From: an uncultured Alphaproteobacteria bacterium | GTDB lineage: Bacteria; Pseudomonadota; Alphaproteobacteria; Rhodobacterales; Rhodobacteraceae | Length of the DNA: 64,000 bases | NCBI GenBank assembly: GCA_913031285.1 | Contig: CAJWEI010000006.1 | Location: 2,401-66,400, forward strand | Reading direction: 5' to 3' | In this document: piece by piece, positions 29,259-38,730 of the stretch | Position numbering within the stretch: position 1 is the stretch's first letter | Layout: each line of letters begins with the position of its first letter | Position numbers and translations under genes: made by a program | The notes under the pieces: model-generated | Database searches by the model: none | Told to the model about the DNA's origin: nothing | Seen by the model: only the letters and a program-made list of their open reading frames with translations

Positions 29259-29882
29259 ATGTCTACGCTAGTGCAAATCTGTATTATTGGAGGAGGACAG
29301 TATGGCCTTTGACTTAGCCATCTGCTGCACTTATCTGGAGTAGAGAATGTGGTTTTGGCAACGCCAGTCATGTGCGTAAGTCAAAGGTCCGTTCAAATTA
29401 ATAATGGTTGGAAACGGAGTATGTAGCTCTCTGTAAAAGAATGGTTTTAGAACGCGAGGCAGCTGCAGATACTCTCATCATAGGGAGGAAATTAGAGAAA
29501 TCTGTTTTCCTAATACGCAGCTTTATCTGTGAACAGGTAAGATGGAGGAGTCTGTTCTTGGCTGGTGATACCGCCCAATTTGCCCTCCAAAGAAGTGCCA
29601 AAGGTATTAATCTCTACTTTTCAAGTATGTATTATCGTTCAGACGCACCTATTGCATTTTATGCTCGCGAAGGCGATTAGGAGTTATAATGATATTCTAT
29701 AAATGCCCTTGAATGTGTGGAAGACCTCGCAGTGTTTATTGTGGATAATTAACACATTGCGTCGTTCCTCCCACCAAGGCGGTCTTTCTCACCGCTTGCA
29801 AGAGGCCAAAATTACCCATCTTGAAACGTCGATCGCCGTACACACGTTACTGGCGGAAAACCATTTAGGTCTTCCGTTCTAA
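29259..29882 (+). pseudogene. pobA: 4-hydroxybenzoate 3-monooxygenase (pobA) pseudogene: premature stop, frameshifts and a large internal deletion
   Basis: The N-terminus MSTLVQICIIGGGQYGL*LSHLLHLSGVENVVL compares with PobA [32 protein letters not shown]. Later come EKSVFLIRSFICEQVRWRSLFLAGDTAQFALQRSAKGINLYFSSMYY..FYAREG and a C-terminal ...LLAENHLGLPF*. About 620 nt remain of the roughly 1.2 kb expected. Confidence 0.8.
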
Positions 29883-29888
29883 TCAAGA

Positions 29889-31508
29889 TCAGGTGATTGG
29901 TGTAAGCGGGGAGACCGCTGCCGGATCTGTTCTTAGCTCGATGATTGTGGATGTTTCCGACGCTTGTGCGCGGGCAAATGCTGCTTTGAAATCTTGCGTC
30001 CTAGTAACCACTTCGCCGCTGCAACCATAGCAAGTTGCAAGGGTCGCAAAATCTGGATTGAGCATTGTAGTGCCTGACGGACGGTCCGGATAATCACGCT
30101 GCTGGTGCATACGAATTGTTCCGTAGACGCCATTGTTAACCACGATGACAATTATTTTTACCCCATATTGCACTGCTGTACCAAATTCCTGCATCGTCAT
30201 CTGAAAGCAGCCATCTCCGGCAAGGCAGATCACCTCTCGGTCTGGGTGATTTAATTTCGCCGATACAGCTGCAGGAAGGCCATAGCCCATCGAACCGGAG
30301 GTTGGCGCAAGTTGGGTTGGATAGGATTTGTAACGAAAATAACGATGCAACCAAGCAGCGTAATTTCCGGCACCATTCGCAATGATTGCGTCTTCGGCCA
30401 GAACTTGTGAAAGATGATGGATGACTTGCTCCATTTTCACTGCACCTGGGGTCGGTAAAGGCTCTTGCCAAGTCTCATAGCTTTTGCGCGCAATAGCTGG
30501 TGATTGCTCAGTAATACCTTTCGTCTGGCAAACGGCACAAGCCAAAAAATCAGCTGCACGACAAGCAAGTCCAATCTCAGGTCGATACACACGACCTATT
30601 TCATCCACATCTGCGTGAATATGGATTAGGCCCTGTTTTGGGTTTGGCACGTCAAAAAGGCTATAACCGCTCGACGTCATCTCGCCCAAGCGCGCGCCCA
30701 GAACCAAAAGACAATCCGAGTTTCGCACTTGCTCTGCCAGTTCCGGGTTAGGCGCAATTGCAACATCCCCAACATAATTTGGATGTCTGTTATCCAGATA
30801 ATCCTGACATCGAAAAGACGCTCCAACGGGCAGGCCAAGTGCTGCCGCAAATTTACCAAGGTTCTGCGCAGCCTCAGAACTCCAGCTACTTCCTCCGACA
30901 AGTACAAACGGGCGATCCGCGCTTTTGAGGCGATCAATAACTTGACATATCGACTCATCACAAATCATTTGCCTGGCTGGATTGGCAGGGAGCGCGTCTA
31001 ATACATCCGCAGTTGCCGATAACATATCTTCGGGAAGCGACAAAACCACCGGTCCTGGACGCCCTGATACAGCAACATGAAATGCTCGCGAGACATATTC
31101 GGGAATGCGATCAATACGAGCAATTTCAGCGACCCATTTGGCAAGTGGAGCATACATTTGCCGATAATCAACTTCTTGAAAAGCCTCCCTGTCACGCTGG
31201 TCACTTGCCACTTGTCCCACGAAAAGGACCATTGGCGTGCTATCCTGAAAGGCAACGTGAACTCCCGCAGAAGCGCTAGTTCCGCCTGGCCCCCGCGTTA
31301 CAAACGCAACCCCTGGCGTTCCCGTCAGCTTACCATGTGCCTCGGCCATCATCGCAACACCGCCTTCTTGACGCCCAACTATTGTGTCTATCCCACTCTC
31401 ATAAAGTCCATCAAGCGCCGCGAGGTAACTTTCACCAGGAACACAAAATACCCGTTCAATTCCTTGAATCTTTAATTGATCAACTAATATTTTTCCTCCA
31501 TGCCGCAT
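29889..31508 (-). CDS. Thiamine-pyrophosphate-dependent enzyme (acetolactate-synthase-like family)
   Basis: 539 aa. The N-terminal PYR domain reads GIERVFCVPGESYL...FVTRGPGGTSASAGVHVAFQDSTPMV. The C-terminal TPP motif reads GDGCFQM...NNGVYG. Confidence 0.85.
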   Translation of the reverse strand: MRHGGKILVDQLKIQGIERVFCVPGESYLAALDGLYESGIDTIVGRQEGGVAMMAEAHGKLTGTPGVAFVTRGPGGTSASAGVHVAFQDSTPMVLFVGQVASDQRDREAFQEVDYRQMYAPLAKWVAEIARIDRIPEYVSRAFHVAVSGRPGPVVLSLPEDMLSATADVLDALPANPARQMICDESICQVIDRLKSADRPFVLVGGSSWSSEAAQNLGKFAAALGLPVGASFRCQDYLDNRHPNYVGDVAIAPNPELAEQVRNSDCLLVLGARLGEMTSSGYSLFDVPNPKQGLIHIHADVDEIGRVYRPEIGLACRAADFLACAVCQTKGITEQSPAIARKSYETWQEPLPTPGAVKMEQVIHHLSQVLAEDAIIANGAGNYAAWLHRYFRYKSYPTQLAPTSGSMGYGLPAAVSAKLNHPDREVICLAGDGCFQMTMQEFGTAVQYGVKIIVIVVNNGVYGTIRMHQQRDYPDRPSGTTMLNPDFATLATCYGCSGEVVTRTQDFKAAFARAQASETSTIIELRTDPAAVSPLTPIT

Positions 31509-31552
31509 CGAGAAACTCCATTAATAACTTACGTTAAAATTTGACTAGTAGC

Positions 31553-32383
31553 TCATGCAGACCGTAGATCTAAAATTTCACGAGCTTGAGACCATGTAGC
31601 AACAGTACGTTCGTATCTACCACAAAGATCAACAACGCGTTTAACGAGGGCAGCATTTGATGGAGCCAAAGTGTGTTTATCCAATCGCACATTGTCTTCA
31701 AGACCGGTACGCGCATGTCCACCTTGGGCAACACACCACTCATTGACAACAATCTGGTTTGCCCCAATTCCAGCTGCACACCAGTCCGCACCTGGTAATA
31801 AGCGCTCAACTGTTTTTATATAGTAGTCAAAAACATCTTTGTCCGTCGGCATGGCGTTTTTTACACCCATTACAAATTGCACATAGACGTGACCCGATAA
31901 ACGACCATCGCGACGCATAAGGGCCGCATGGTGAATATGGGAAAGATCAAAAGCCTCAATCTCAGGTTTTATTTCGTATTCATGCATTTCATTAGCCAGC
32001 CAATCGACCAAATCGGGCGGATTTTCGTAAACCCGCGAAGGAAAATTATTTGACCCAACTGTCAAAGACGCCATATCTGGTCTCAACGAGAGCATTCCAC
32101 CCCGTTCTTTTCCAGCCCCCGAGCGACCACCTGTGGACAGTTGAATAATCATACCTGGGCAATGTTTGGAAATCCCCTCCATCAACTTACCAAACCTCCC
32201 TGGATCTGAGCTTGGTTTGCCATCATCCAAGCGCACGTGACAATGGGCAATAGATGCGCCTGCTTCAAAGGCAGCGTGTGTACTTTCAACTTGTTCTGTT
32301 ATTGTCGTTGGGACCGCTGGGTTATCGGCCTTTGTCGCCACTGACCCTGTGATCGCGACGCAAATTATACAGGGTTTTTTCAT
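31553..32383 (-). CDS. 3-keto-5-aminohexanoate-cleavage-enzyme family (BKACE/DUF849) protein
   Basis: 276 aa: MKKPCIICVAITGSVATKADNPAVPTTITEQVESTHAAFEAGASIAHCHVR, a typical BKACE N-terminus. Confidence 0.8.
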   Translation of the reverse strand: MKKPCIICVAITGSVATKADNPAVPTTITEQVESTHAAFEAGASIAHCHVRLDDGKPSSDPGRFGKLMEGISKHCPGMIIQLSTGGRSGAGKERGGMLSLRPDMASLTVGSNNFPSRVYENPPDLVDWLANEMHEYEIKPEIEAFDLSHIHHAALMRRDGRLSGHVYVQFVMGVKNAMPTDKDVFDYYIKTVERLLPGADWCAAGIGANQIVVNEWCVAQGGHARTGLEDNVRLDKHTLAPSNAALVKRVVDLCGRYERTVATWSQAREILDLRSA

Positions 32384-32696
32384 GAAATTTCATGTCCTTT
32401 AACAATCTATTATATAATCAAATATAATTAACCATGATCGCCTTGCACTATAATATCAACCACCTAATCATTTGTCTGCAATTTCTCTTCTGGGTATTTC
32501 ACTAATAATTTTTGGCGCCTTTAAATATCTATTTTATACTTTGTAGTCTTGCTCATCTATACCGCTTAATAAATTAGCTGAGAGCCAATCACATAAATGT
32601 GGTCTTTTAATGCATCACCCCATGATTAGTGAATATAGATTTTTTGAAGTCAAATATATTTTTACCAAAGACGTCGACATTAGGAACATCGATAAT

Positions 32697-33008
32697 CTAA
32701 TGAGTCCAAGCGCCTTTTCGGTCGGTAGCAAAATTCTCTCCATATCCGCGTTGACGGATATTAACCTTGCGAGTTTTTGGCTCGGAAACAATAGCGTCAA
32801 TGCCCTTATCTTTCGAATAGGCCAAGGCAGCTTCTTTGGTCTCAAACTGCAGTTTCACCTGTGACTGAGTGTCATCGCTCGATGTCCATCCCATCAAAGG
32901 ATCAACTTCTCTCGCAGAAACAGGTGCAAACTCTAAAACCCACTCACGGGTATTGGCATTTCCTGACGACATAGCCGTACGGGCTGGCTTATAAATGCGT
33001 GCACGCAT
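32697..33008 (-). CDS. ETC complex I subunit conserved-region protein (NDUFS4-like)
   Basis: [27 protein letters not shown]...[30 protein letters not shown] prefer ATG 33008 (GGAGA upstream) over the longer ORF-track start at 33104. Confidence 0.8.
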   Translation of the reverse strand: MRARIYKPARTAMSSGNANTREWVLEFAPVSAREVDPLMGWTSSDDTQSQVKLQFETKEAALAYSKDKGIDAIVSEPKTRKVNIRQRGYGENFATDRKGAWTH

Positions 33009-33198
33009 GTCATAGTCTCCTTTGACTGGTGTATATTCATGATTGCAGCCCCTGTAAACATGCCAGTCTAATCTCAGTACTAATTGAAGACCACATCTTT
33101 CCAAGCGCAGTCAAAGTGCATAGGATTAAATCTGTAAACTTTGCCCGTTGAAACTTGAAACAAGCTGCCTATGTTGATTGTTTAATGGGGATTAAGTT

Positions 33199-35376
33199 AT
33201 GAATCAAGACGCCCTTGGACATGTGGCAGGTGAAGTGCGGCAGCGCCCCAAACTTGAGGGCGGCAAAAAATTTGTAATGCATACCGAATTTTCACCAGCA
33301 GGAGATCAACCTACAGCCATTAAAGAACTCACGTCTGGAGTGCGCGACGGAGAACGTGATCAAGTTCTGCTTGGGGCGACAGGTACTGGTAAAACTTTTA
33401 CCATGGCCAAAGTTATTGAGGAAACGCAAAGACCCGCAATTATCCTTGCCCCCAACAAAACCCTTGCAGCTCAGTTATTTGGCGAATTCAAAGGGTTTTT
33501 CCCTCAAAATTCAGTCGAATATTTTGTTAGCTTTTATGATTATTATCAGCCGGAAGCTTACGTTGCGCGCTCAGACACATACATCGAAAAAGAAAGCCAA
33601 ATAAATGAACAGATTGACCGTATGCGCCATTCAGCCACGCGCTCTTTGTTGGAACGCGATGATGTGATTATTGTGGCGTCTGTGTCCTGCATTTACGGCA
33701 TTGGCTCCGTCGAAACTTACGGGGCCATGACGCAGGACCTGAAAATTGGCGGAAACTACAATCAACGTCAAGTAATGGCAGATCTCGTTGCCCAACAGTA
33801 TAAGAGAAACGATCAAGCCTTCCAAAGGGGAGCTTTCCGTGTGCGCGGCGATAGCCTTGAAATTTTTCCAGCACATTTGGAAGACCGCGCTTGGAAGTTA
33901 TCCTTCTTTGGGGATGAATTGGAAACGATCACAGAGTTTGACCCACTGACAGGCCAACGAACTAATACTTTCGAACAAATACGAATTTACGCCAATTCGC
34001 ATTATGTGACCCCCAAACCAACAATGCAGCAAGCGATTATCAGCATCAAAAAAGAGTTGCGCCAAAGGCTTGACCAACTGGTCGGCGAGGGTAAGCTTTT
34101 AGAGGCACAACGCCTTGAGCAACGTACCAATTTCGATCTCGAAATGCTAGAAGCGACAGGTGTTTGTAATGGAATTGAAAACTATTCTAGGTATCTGACT
34201 GGCCGTACTCCCGGTCAGCCGCCTCCTACATTATTTGAATTTATCCCTGATAATGCAATTGTTTTTGCTGATGAAAGCCATGTCTCGATACCGCAAATTG
34301 GCGGAATGTATAAAGGCGATTATCGACGCAAATTCACATTGGCCGAACACGGATTTCGTCTGCCCTCATGTATGGACAATCGGCCATTAAAGTTTGAGGA
34401 ATGGAACGCCATGCGTCCCCAATCTGTCTATGTCAGTGCAACACCGTCCTCATGGGAGATGGAGCAATCTGGAGGCGTATTTGCCGAACAAATCATTCGC
34501 CCCACCGGCCTGATAGACCCTGAAATCGAAATACGACCAGTCGACATGCAAGTAGATGATTTGCTCGATGAGGTTCGTCTAGTATCAGCGGCAGGATATC
34601 GCACTCTCGTCACTACATTAACCAAACGAATGGCGGAGGATCTTACTGAGTATATGCATGAACAGGGTATTCGTGTGCGGTATATGCATTCAGAAATCGA
34701 TACATTGGAACGCATAGAAATTTTGCGCGACCTTCGACTTGGGGCGTTTGATGTTCTGATCGGAATCAACCTTTTGCGTGAAGGACTTGATATTCCAGAA
34801 TGTGGCCTTGTCGCCATACTAGATGCTGATAAAGAGGGTTTCTTGCGCTCAGAAACCTCTTTGATTCAAACCATCGGTCGAGCAGCGCGCAATGCTGATG
34901 GCCGAGTGATTATGTATGCAAATCGTATCACTGGGTCTATGGAACGTGCACTGGCAGAGACCGATCGCCGACGCGTCAAACAGTTGGCTTACAACGAAAA
35001 GCATGGAATCACACCTACGACTATTAGAAAGAACGTAGAGGATATACTATCCGGTCTTTATAAGGGGGATACAGACCAAGCGCGAGTTACCGCTACAATT
35101 GATAAAACTCTGGCTGGTGCAAATCTAAAAACTGTTCTGGAAGGACTTCGCTCAGATATGCGCAAAGCGGCTGAAAATCTGGAATTCGAGGAGGCAGCTC
35201 GGCTTAGAGACGAAGTCAAGCGGCTCGAAGCCGTTGATCTAGCTGTTGCGGATGATCCACTCGCGCGCCAATCTGCGATCGAAGCAGCGAGCCAAACTTC
35301 TAATAAGAGGGGTCGCTCAAGTGCTGGAATGGGTGGCACAAGAGCCTATCGTGGAAAATCGCAGAAGAAGTTTTAA
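33199..35376 (+). CDS. uvrB: Excinuclease ABC subunit B
   Basis: 725 aa with GATGTGKTFTMA (Walker A), DESH, helicase motifs and a C-terminal UVR domain (EFEEAARLRDEVKRLE). Confidence 0.95.
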   Translation: MNQDALGHVAGEVRQRPKLEGGKKFVMHTEFSPAGDQPTAIKELTSGVRDGERDQVLLGATGTGKTFTMAKVIEETQRPAIILAPNKTLAAQLFGEFKGFFPQNSVEYFVSFYDYYQPEAYVARSDTYIEKESQINEQIDRMRHSATRSLLERDDVIIVASVSCIYGIGSVETYGAMTQDLKIGGNYNQRQVMADLVAQQYKRNDQAFQRGAFRVRGDSLEIFPAHLEDRAWKLSFFGDELETITEFDPLTGQRTNTFEQIRIYANSHYVTPKPTMQQAIISIKKELRQRLDQLVGEGKLLEAQRLEQRTNFDLEMLEATGVCNGIENYSRYLTGRTPGQPPPTLFEFIPDNAIVFADESHVSIPQIGGMYKGDYRRKFTLAEHGFRLPSCMDNRPLKFEEWNAMRPQSVYVSATPSSWEMEQSGGVFAEQIIRPTGLIDPEIEIRPVDMQVDDLLDEVRLVSAAGYRTLVTTLTKRMAEDLTEYMHEQGIRVRYMHSEIDTLERIEILRDLRLGAFDVLIGINLLREGLDIPECGLVAILDADKEGFLRSETSLIQTIGRAARNADGRVIMYANRITGSMERALAETDRRRVKQLAYNEKHGITPTTIRKNVEDILSGLYKGDTDQARVTATIDKTLAGANLKTVLEGLRSDMRKAAENLEFEEAARLRDEVKRLEAVDLAVADDPLARQSAIEAASQTSNKRGRSSAGMGGTRAYRGKSQKKF

Positions 35377-35509
35377 AGTAGTCTGAAAAATTAGAACAAA
35401 ATCACGGTATTTCAAAATCTGTAAGTGGTACGCCTGATGTCATTTTTTTGTTGACACACTTACTGCTGCAGCCTGTGATACGCACATTCGTACAGCACAG
35501 GATCCAGAA

Positions 35510-37504
35510 ATGAAAGAGATGAAAATTCTAGACATTCAGGAAACCCCGGATGCTGGTATTGTGATGTCTGATGGCTGTCGATTGTCTGCAAGGATATGGA
35601 GGCCAAAAGATACTGGGCAAAACCCTGTGCCTGCAGTTCTCGAATTCTTGCCATATCGAAAACGCGATGGAACTACAGCGCGCGATGCTCTGACGCATCC
35701 CTATTTTGCCAAACGTGGATACGCCTGCGTACGCGTTGATATGCGCGGCAATGGCGATAGCGAAGGCGTGATGGAGGACGAATACACGCAACAAGAATTG
35801 GATGATGCGATTGAAACCATTGCATGGATTGCGGAGCAACCTTGGTGTTCAGGCAAAGTGGGCATGATGGGGATTAGCTGGGGAGGCTTTAATTCGCTGC
35901 AAGTTGCGGCCATGCAACCCCCAGCACTTAAAGCAATCATATCGCTATGCTCAACTGTTGATCGATATGCCGATGATATTCATTACAAAGGTGGTTGTCT
36001 GTTAAATGAAAACCTTGGGTGGGGATCAACGATGTGGGCGTATTCCTCCCGTCCGCCCGATCCTAATCTTGTTGGTGAAAAATGGCGCAAAATGTGGCTT
36101 CAACGACTAGAGGCAGAGCCTTTTCTTCCAATTAAATGGCTAAAACATCAAACAAGAGATGCCTTTTGGCAGCATGGCTCAGTCTGCGAGGACTACCCGT
36201 CAATTAAAGCGGCAACTCTCGCTATAGGGGGCTGGGGGGATGCTTACAAAAATACAGTTGCCCATTTGGTCAAAAACCTGACTGCGCCGGTCAAAGGGAT
36301 CATTGGTCCTTGGGTGCATAAATACCCTCATTTTGCGGTTCCAGAACCAAGAATTGGATTTCTACAAGAGGCGCTACGCTGGTGGGACCATTGGCTTAAA
36401 GGAGTGAATACAGGTGTCGAATCTGATCCTGATTACACTGCCTATTTAATGGATGGCGTGCGGCCCAAACCATTTTATCGAGAGCGCAAGGGAATTTGGA
36501 TCACAGAGGACGATTGGCCAAATGGCCTAAGTTGGCAGACATATTATCTGGGCGCATATAATCAATTAGGCGACATTGCAGAACAGATAAGCGATCAAAT
36601 ATGCTCGCCACAAACCTGTGGGATGCATAGCGGGGAATATTGTGCCATGTGGCTTGGACCCGAGCTTCCTGGAGATCAGCGCCCGGATGATGCACTTTCA
36701 GTTTTATATACTTCAGAAAAACTGGATACATCTTGCGATATTGTTGGCGCCCCTAAAGTCTCACTTCGACTGATGTCAGATCAACGCAAAGCCCAAATCG
36801 CAGTTCGACTAAATCATATCCACCCTGACGGCGCCTCTACAAGGATTACTTATGGGGTTTTAAACCTTTGCCATAGGATAGACCATTCCCAACCCCATCC
36901 TCTTCCTGAGGCAGAATATGTCGATATCTTCCTAGACTTGGACCAAATCGCCTATCGCGTACCAGCAGGCCATAAAATATCGCTTGCCATTTCAACTAGC
37001 TACTGGCCACTTTTATGGCCTATGCCCGAAGTTGCTAATTTGACTCTTTTGTCAGGTTCACTGGAGTTGCCAACGCGTCAGAGTGGTTTTAAGGACGAAA
37101 GAAGCTTCCCTCCACCGGAAAGCGACTCACCTTGGCCACTGGAATATTTGCGCGCCCCATCAAATTCACGATGCATTGTAAATGATATGCAAACAGGGGT
37201 TGTCACGCTTGAGATTGTAGATGATTTTGGCAAGGCTAAGGATATGGATCACGGACTGGTGCATGGATCAATTGCTCGCGAATGGTGGAGCATTCACCCC
37301 AATGATCCACTCTCAGCCCATGGGAAAACCCACTGGACCTGCGAGAACGCACGCAACGATTGGATTGTTCGCACGGAATCCTACGCGGAGATGAGGTCAG
37401 ATAAAGAAAATTATTATCTCGATGCGCGACTTGAGGCCTTTGAAGATGACGTTTTGGTTTTTGAAAAAAACATAACCCAAACTATCAACCGAACATTCAA
37501 ATGA
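35510..37504 (+). CDS. CocE/NonD-family (peptidase S15) hydrolase
   Basis: 664 aa with LEFLPYRKRDGT, VRVDMRGNGDSEG and the nucleophile motif GISWGG. Confidence 0.85.
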   Translation: MKEMKILDIQETPDAGIVMSDGCRLSARIWRPKDTGQNPVPAVLEFLPYRKRDGTTARDALTHPYFAKRGYACVRVDMRGNGDSEGVMEDEYTQQELDDAIETIAWIAEQPWCSGKVGMMGISWGGFNSLQVAAMQPPALKAIISLCSTVDRYADDIHYKGGCLLNENLGWGSTMWAYSSRPPDPNLVGEKWRKMWLQRLEAEPFLPIKWLKHQTRDAFWQHGSVCEDYPSIKAATLAIGGWGDAYKNTVAHLVKNLTAPVKGIIGPWVHKYPHFAVPEPRIGFLQEALRWWDHWLKGVNTGVESDPDYTAYLMDGVRPKPFYRERKGIWITEDDWPNGLSWQTYYLGAYNQLGDIAEQISDQICSPQTCGMHSGEYCAMWLGPELPGDQRPDDALSVLYTSEKLDTSCDIVGAPKVSLRLMSDQRKAQIAVRLNHIHPDGASTRITYGVLNLCHRIDHSQPHPLPEAEYVDIFLDLDQIAYRVPAGHKISLAISTSYWPLLWPMPEVANLTLLSGSLELPTRQSGFKDERSFPPPESDSPWPLEYLRAPSNSRCIVNDMQTGVVTLEIVDDFGKAKDMDHGLVHGSIAREWWSIHPNDPLSAHGKTHWTCENARNDWIVRTESYAEMRSDKENYYLDARLEAFEDDVLVFEKNITQTINRTFK

Positions 37505-37538
37505 TACCAAAGACTAATGACCTTTTTATCAAAGTTGC

Positions 37539-38618
37539 TTACAACTGACAGCTAGGTGTTGATTTAGAAAGGGCAATTTCGTCTTTCGACATCTCTTCTT
37601 CAATACCGTCAAAGAGTGGCGTTGAGAGATAGCGTTCTCCCGTATCCGGCAACATGCAAAGGATGTTTGACCCATCTGGTGCAGATTTAGCAACTTCAAT
37701 ACCCACTGCAAGGCTCGAACCGCCTGAAATGCCAGTGAAAATACCCTCCTCTCTGGCCAGACGTTTGGACCATGCGATCCCATCCGGTCCATACACTGTC
37801 AAAAGATCATCATACAGCTCATCGTCGATCGCTTCTTGCAAGACGAGAGGAATAAAATCCGGTGTCCAGCCTTGAATGGGATGTGGTTCAAAACTTGGGT
37901 GGCTTATAGTGGGCTCACCCGCATCATTGCGCTCCTGGGCGTGGCCTGATGTTATAAGAGCCGCACCTACAGGCTCGCTAAGAATTATTTTTGTCTCAGG
38001 AAGCTTTTCACGCAGCACGCGAGCAACCCCTGTGACAGTCCCACCCGTGCCATAGCCTGTGACAAAATAATCAAGTTTAGTACCTGTAAAATCACCAAAA
38101 ATTTCATTAGCTGTCGTCACGGCGTGAATATCCGCATTAGCGGCTGTTTCAAACTGGTGGGCAAGAAACCAACCATTTGCATCCGCTAGCTCTTTGGCCT
38201 TTTGATACATCCCTAGACCCTTTTGTGCCCTTGGGGTCAGTACAACCCTCGCGCCAAGAAAGCGCATTAACTTACGCCGTTCAACGGAGAAGCTATCCGC
38301 CATCGTGACCACCAGAGGATAGCCTTTGGCTGCACAAACCATCGCCAGACCAATCCCAGTGTTGCCACTTGTGGCTTCTACAATCGTCTGCCCAGGGGCT
38401 AATTCACCAGAATTTTCGGCCGCTTCAATAATATTCAGCGCAAGCCGATCCTTGACTGAACCTGCAGGATTGAATGCCTCAACTTTTACAAAAATATTTA
38501 CATTTTCAGGAGCAATATTATTGAGCCTAACGATCGGAGTGTCGCCAATCGTTTCAGTGATAGAATTATAAATAGTACCTCGACCATTTGTCGTAAAAAT
38601 TTCACTTTTACTAGACAT
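37539..38618 (-). CDS. cysK: Cysteine-synthase-like PLP-dependent enzyme
   Basis: 359 aa with IGDTPIVRLN, the PLP-lysine motif FNPAGSVKDR, and SGNTG and GTGGT loops. It has an internal insertion and a tail of about 25 aa relative to short CysK. Confidence 0.75.
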   Translation of the reverse strand: MSSKSEIFTTNGRGTIYNSITETIGDTPIVRLNNIAPENVNIFVKVEAFNPAGSVKDRLALNIIEAAENSGELAPGQTIVEATSGNTGIGLAMVCAAKGYPLVVTMADSFSVERRKLMRFLGARVVLTPRAQKGLGMYQKAKELADANGWFLAHQFETAANADIHAVTTANEIFGDFTGTKLDYFVTGYGTGGTVTGVARVLREKLPETKIILSEPVGAALITSGHAQERNDAGEPTISHPSFEPHPIQGWTPDFIPLVLQEAIDDELYDDLLTVYGPDGIAWSKRLAREEGIFTGISGGSSLAVGIEVAKSAPDGSNILCMLPDTGERYLSTPLFDGIEEEMSKDEIALSKSTPSCQL

Positions 38619-38680
38619 AAGTTAAATATCTTTCTTGAATTTTTATAACAGACTAACAACAACTAAAAATCATAGCAATT

Positions 38681-38700
38681 AAAATGCTTATAAGCATTTT
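38681..38700. terminator. Perfect 20-bp palindrome AAAATGCTTATAAGCATTTT (weak bidirectional terminator or operator)
   Basis: It lies in the 112-nt gap between the ABC ATPase stop (38731) and the cysK-like start (38618). The stem AATGCT/AGCATT is flanked by A and T runs. Confidence 0.35.
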
Positions 38701-38730
38701 AGGTCAAAACTCTTATGTCTTAACGTTAGT

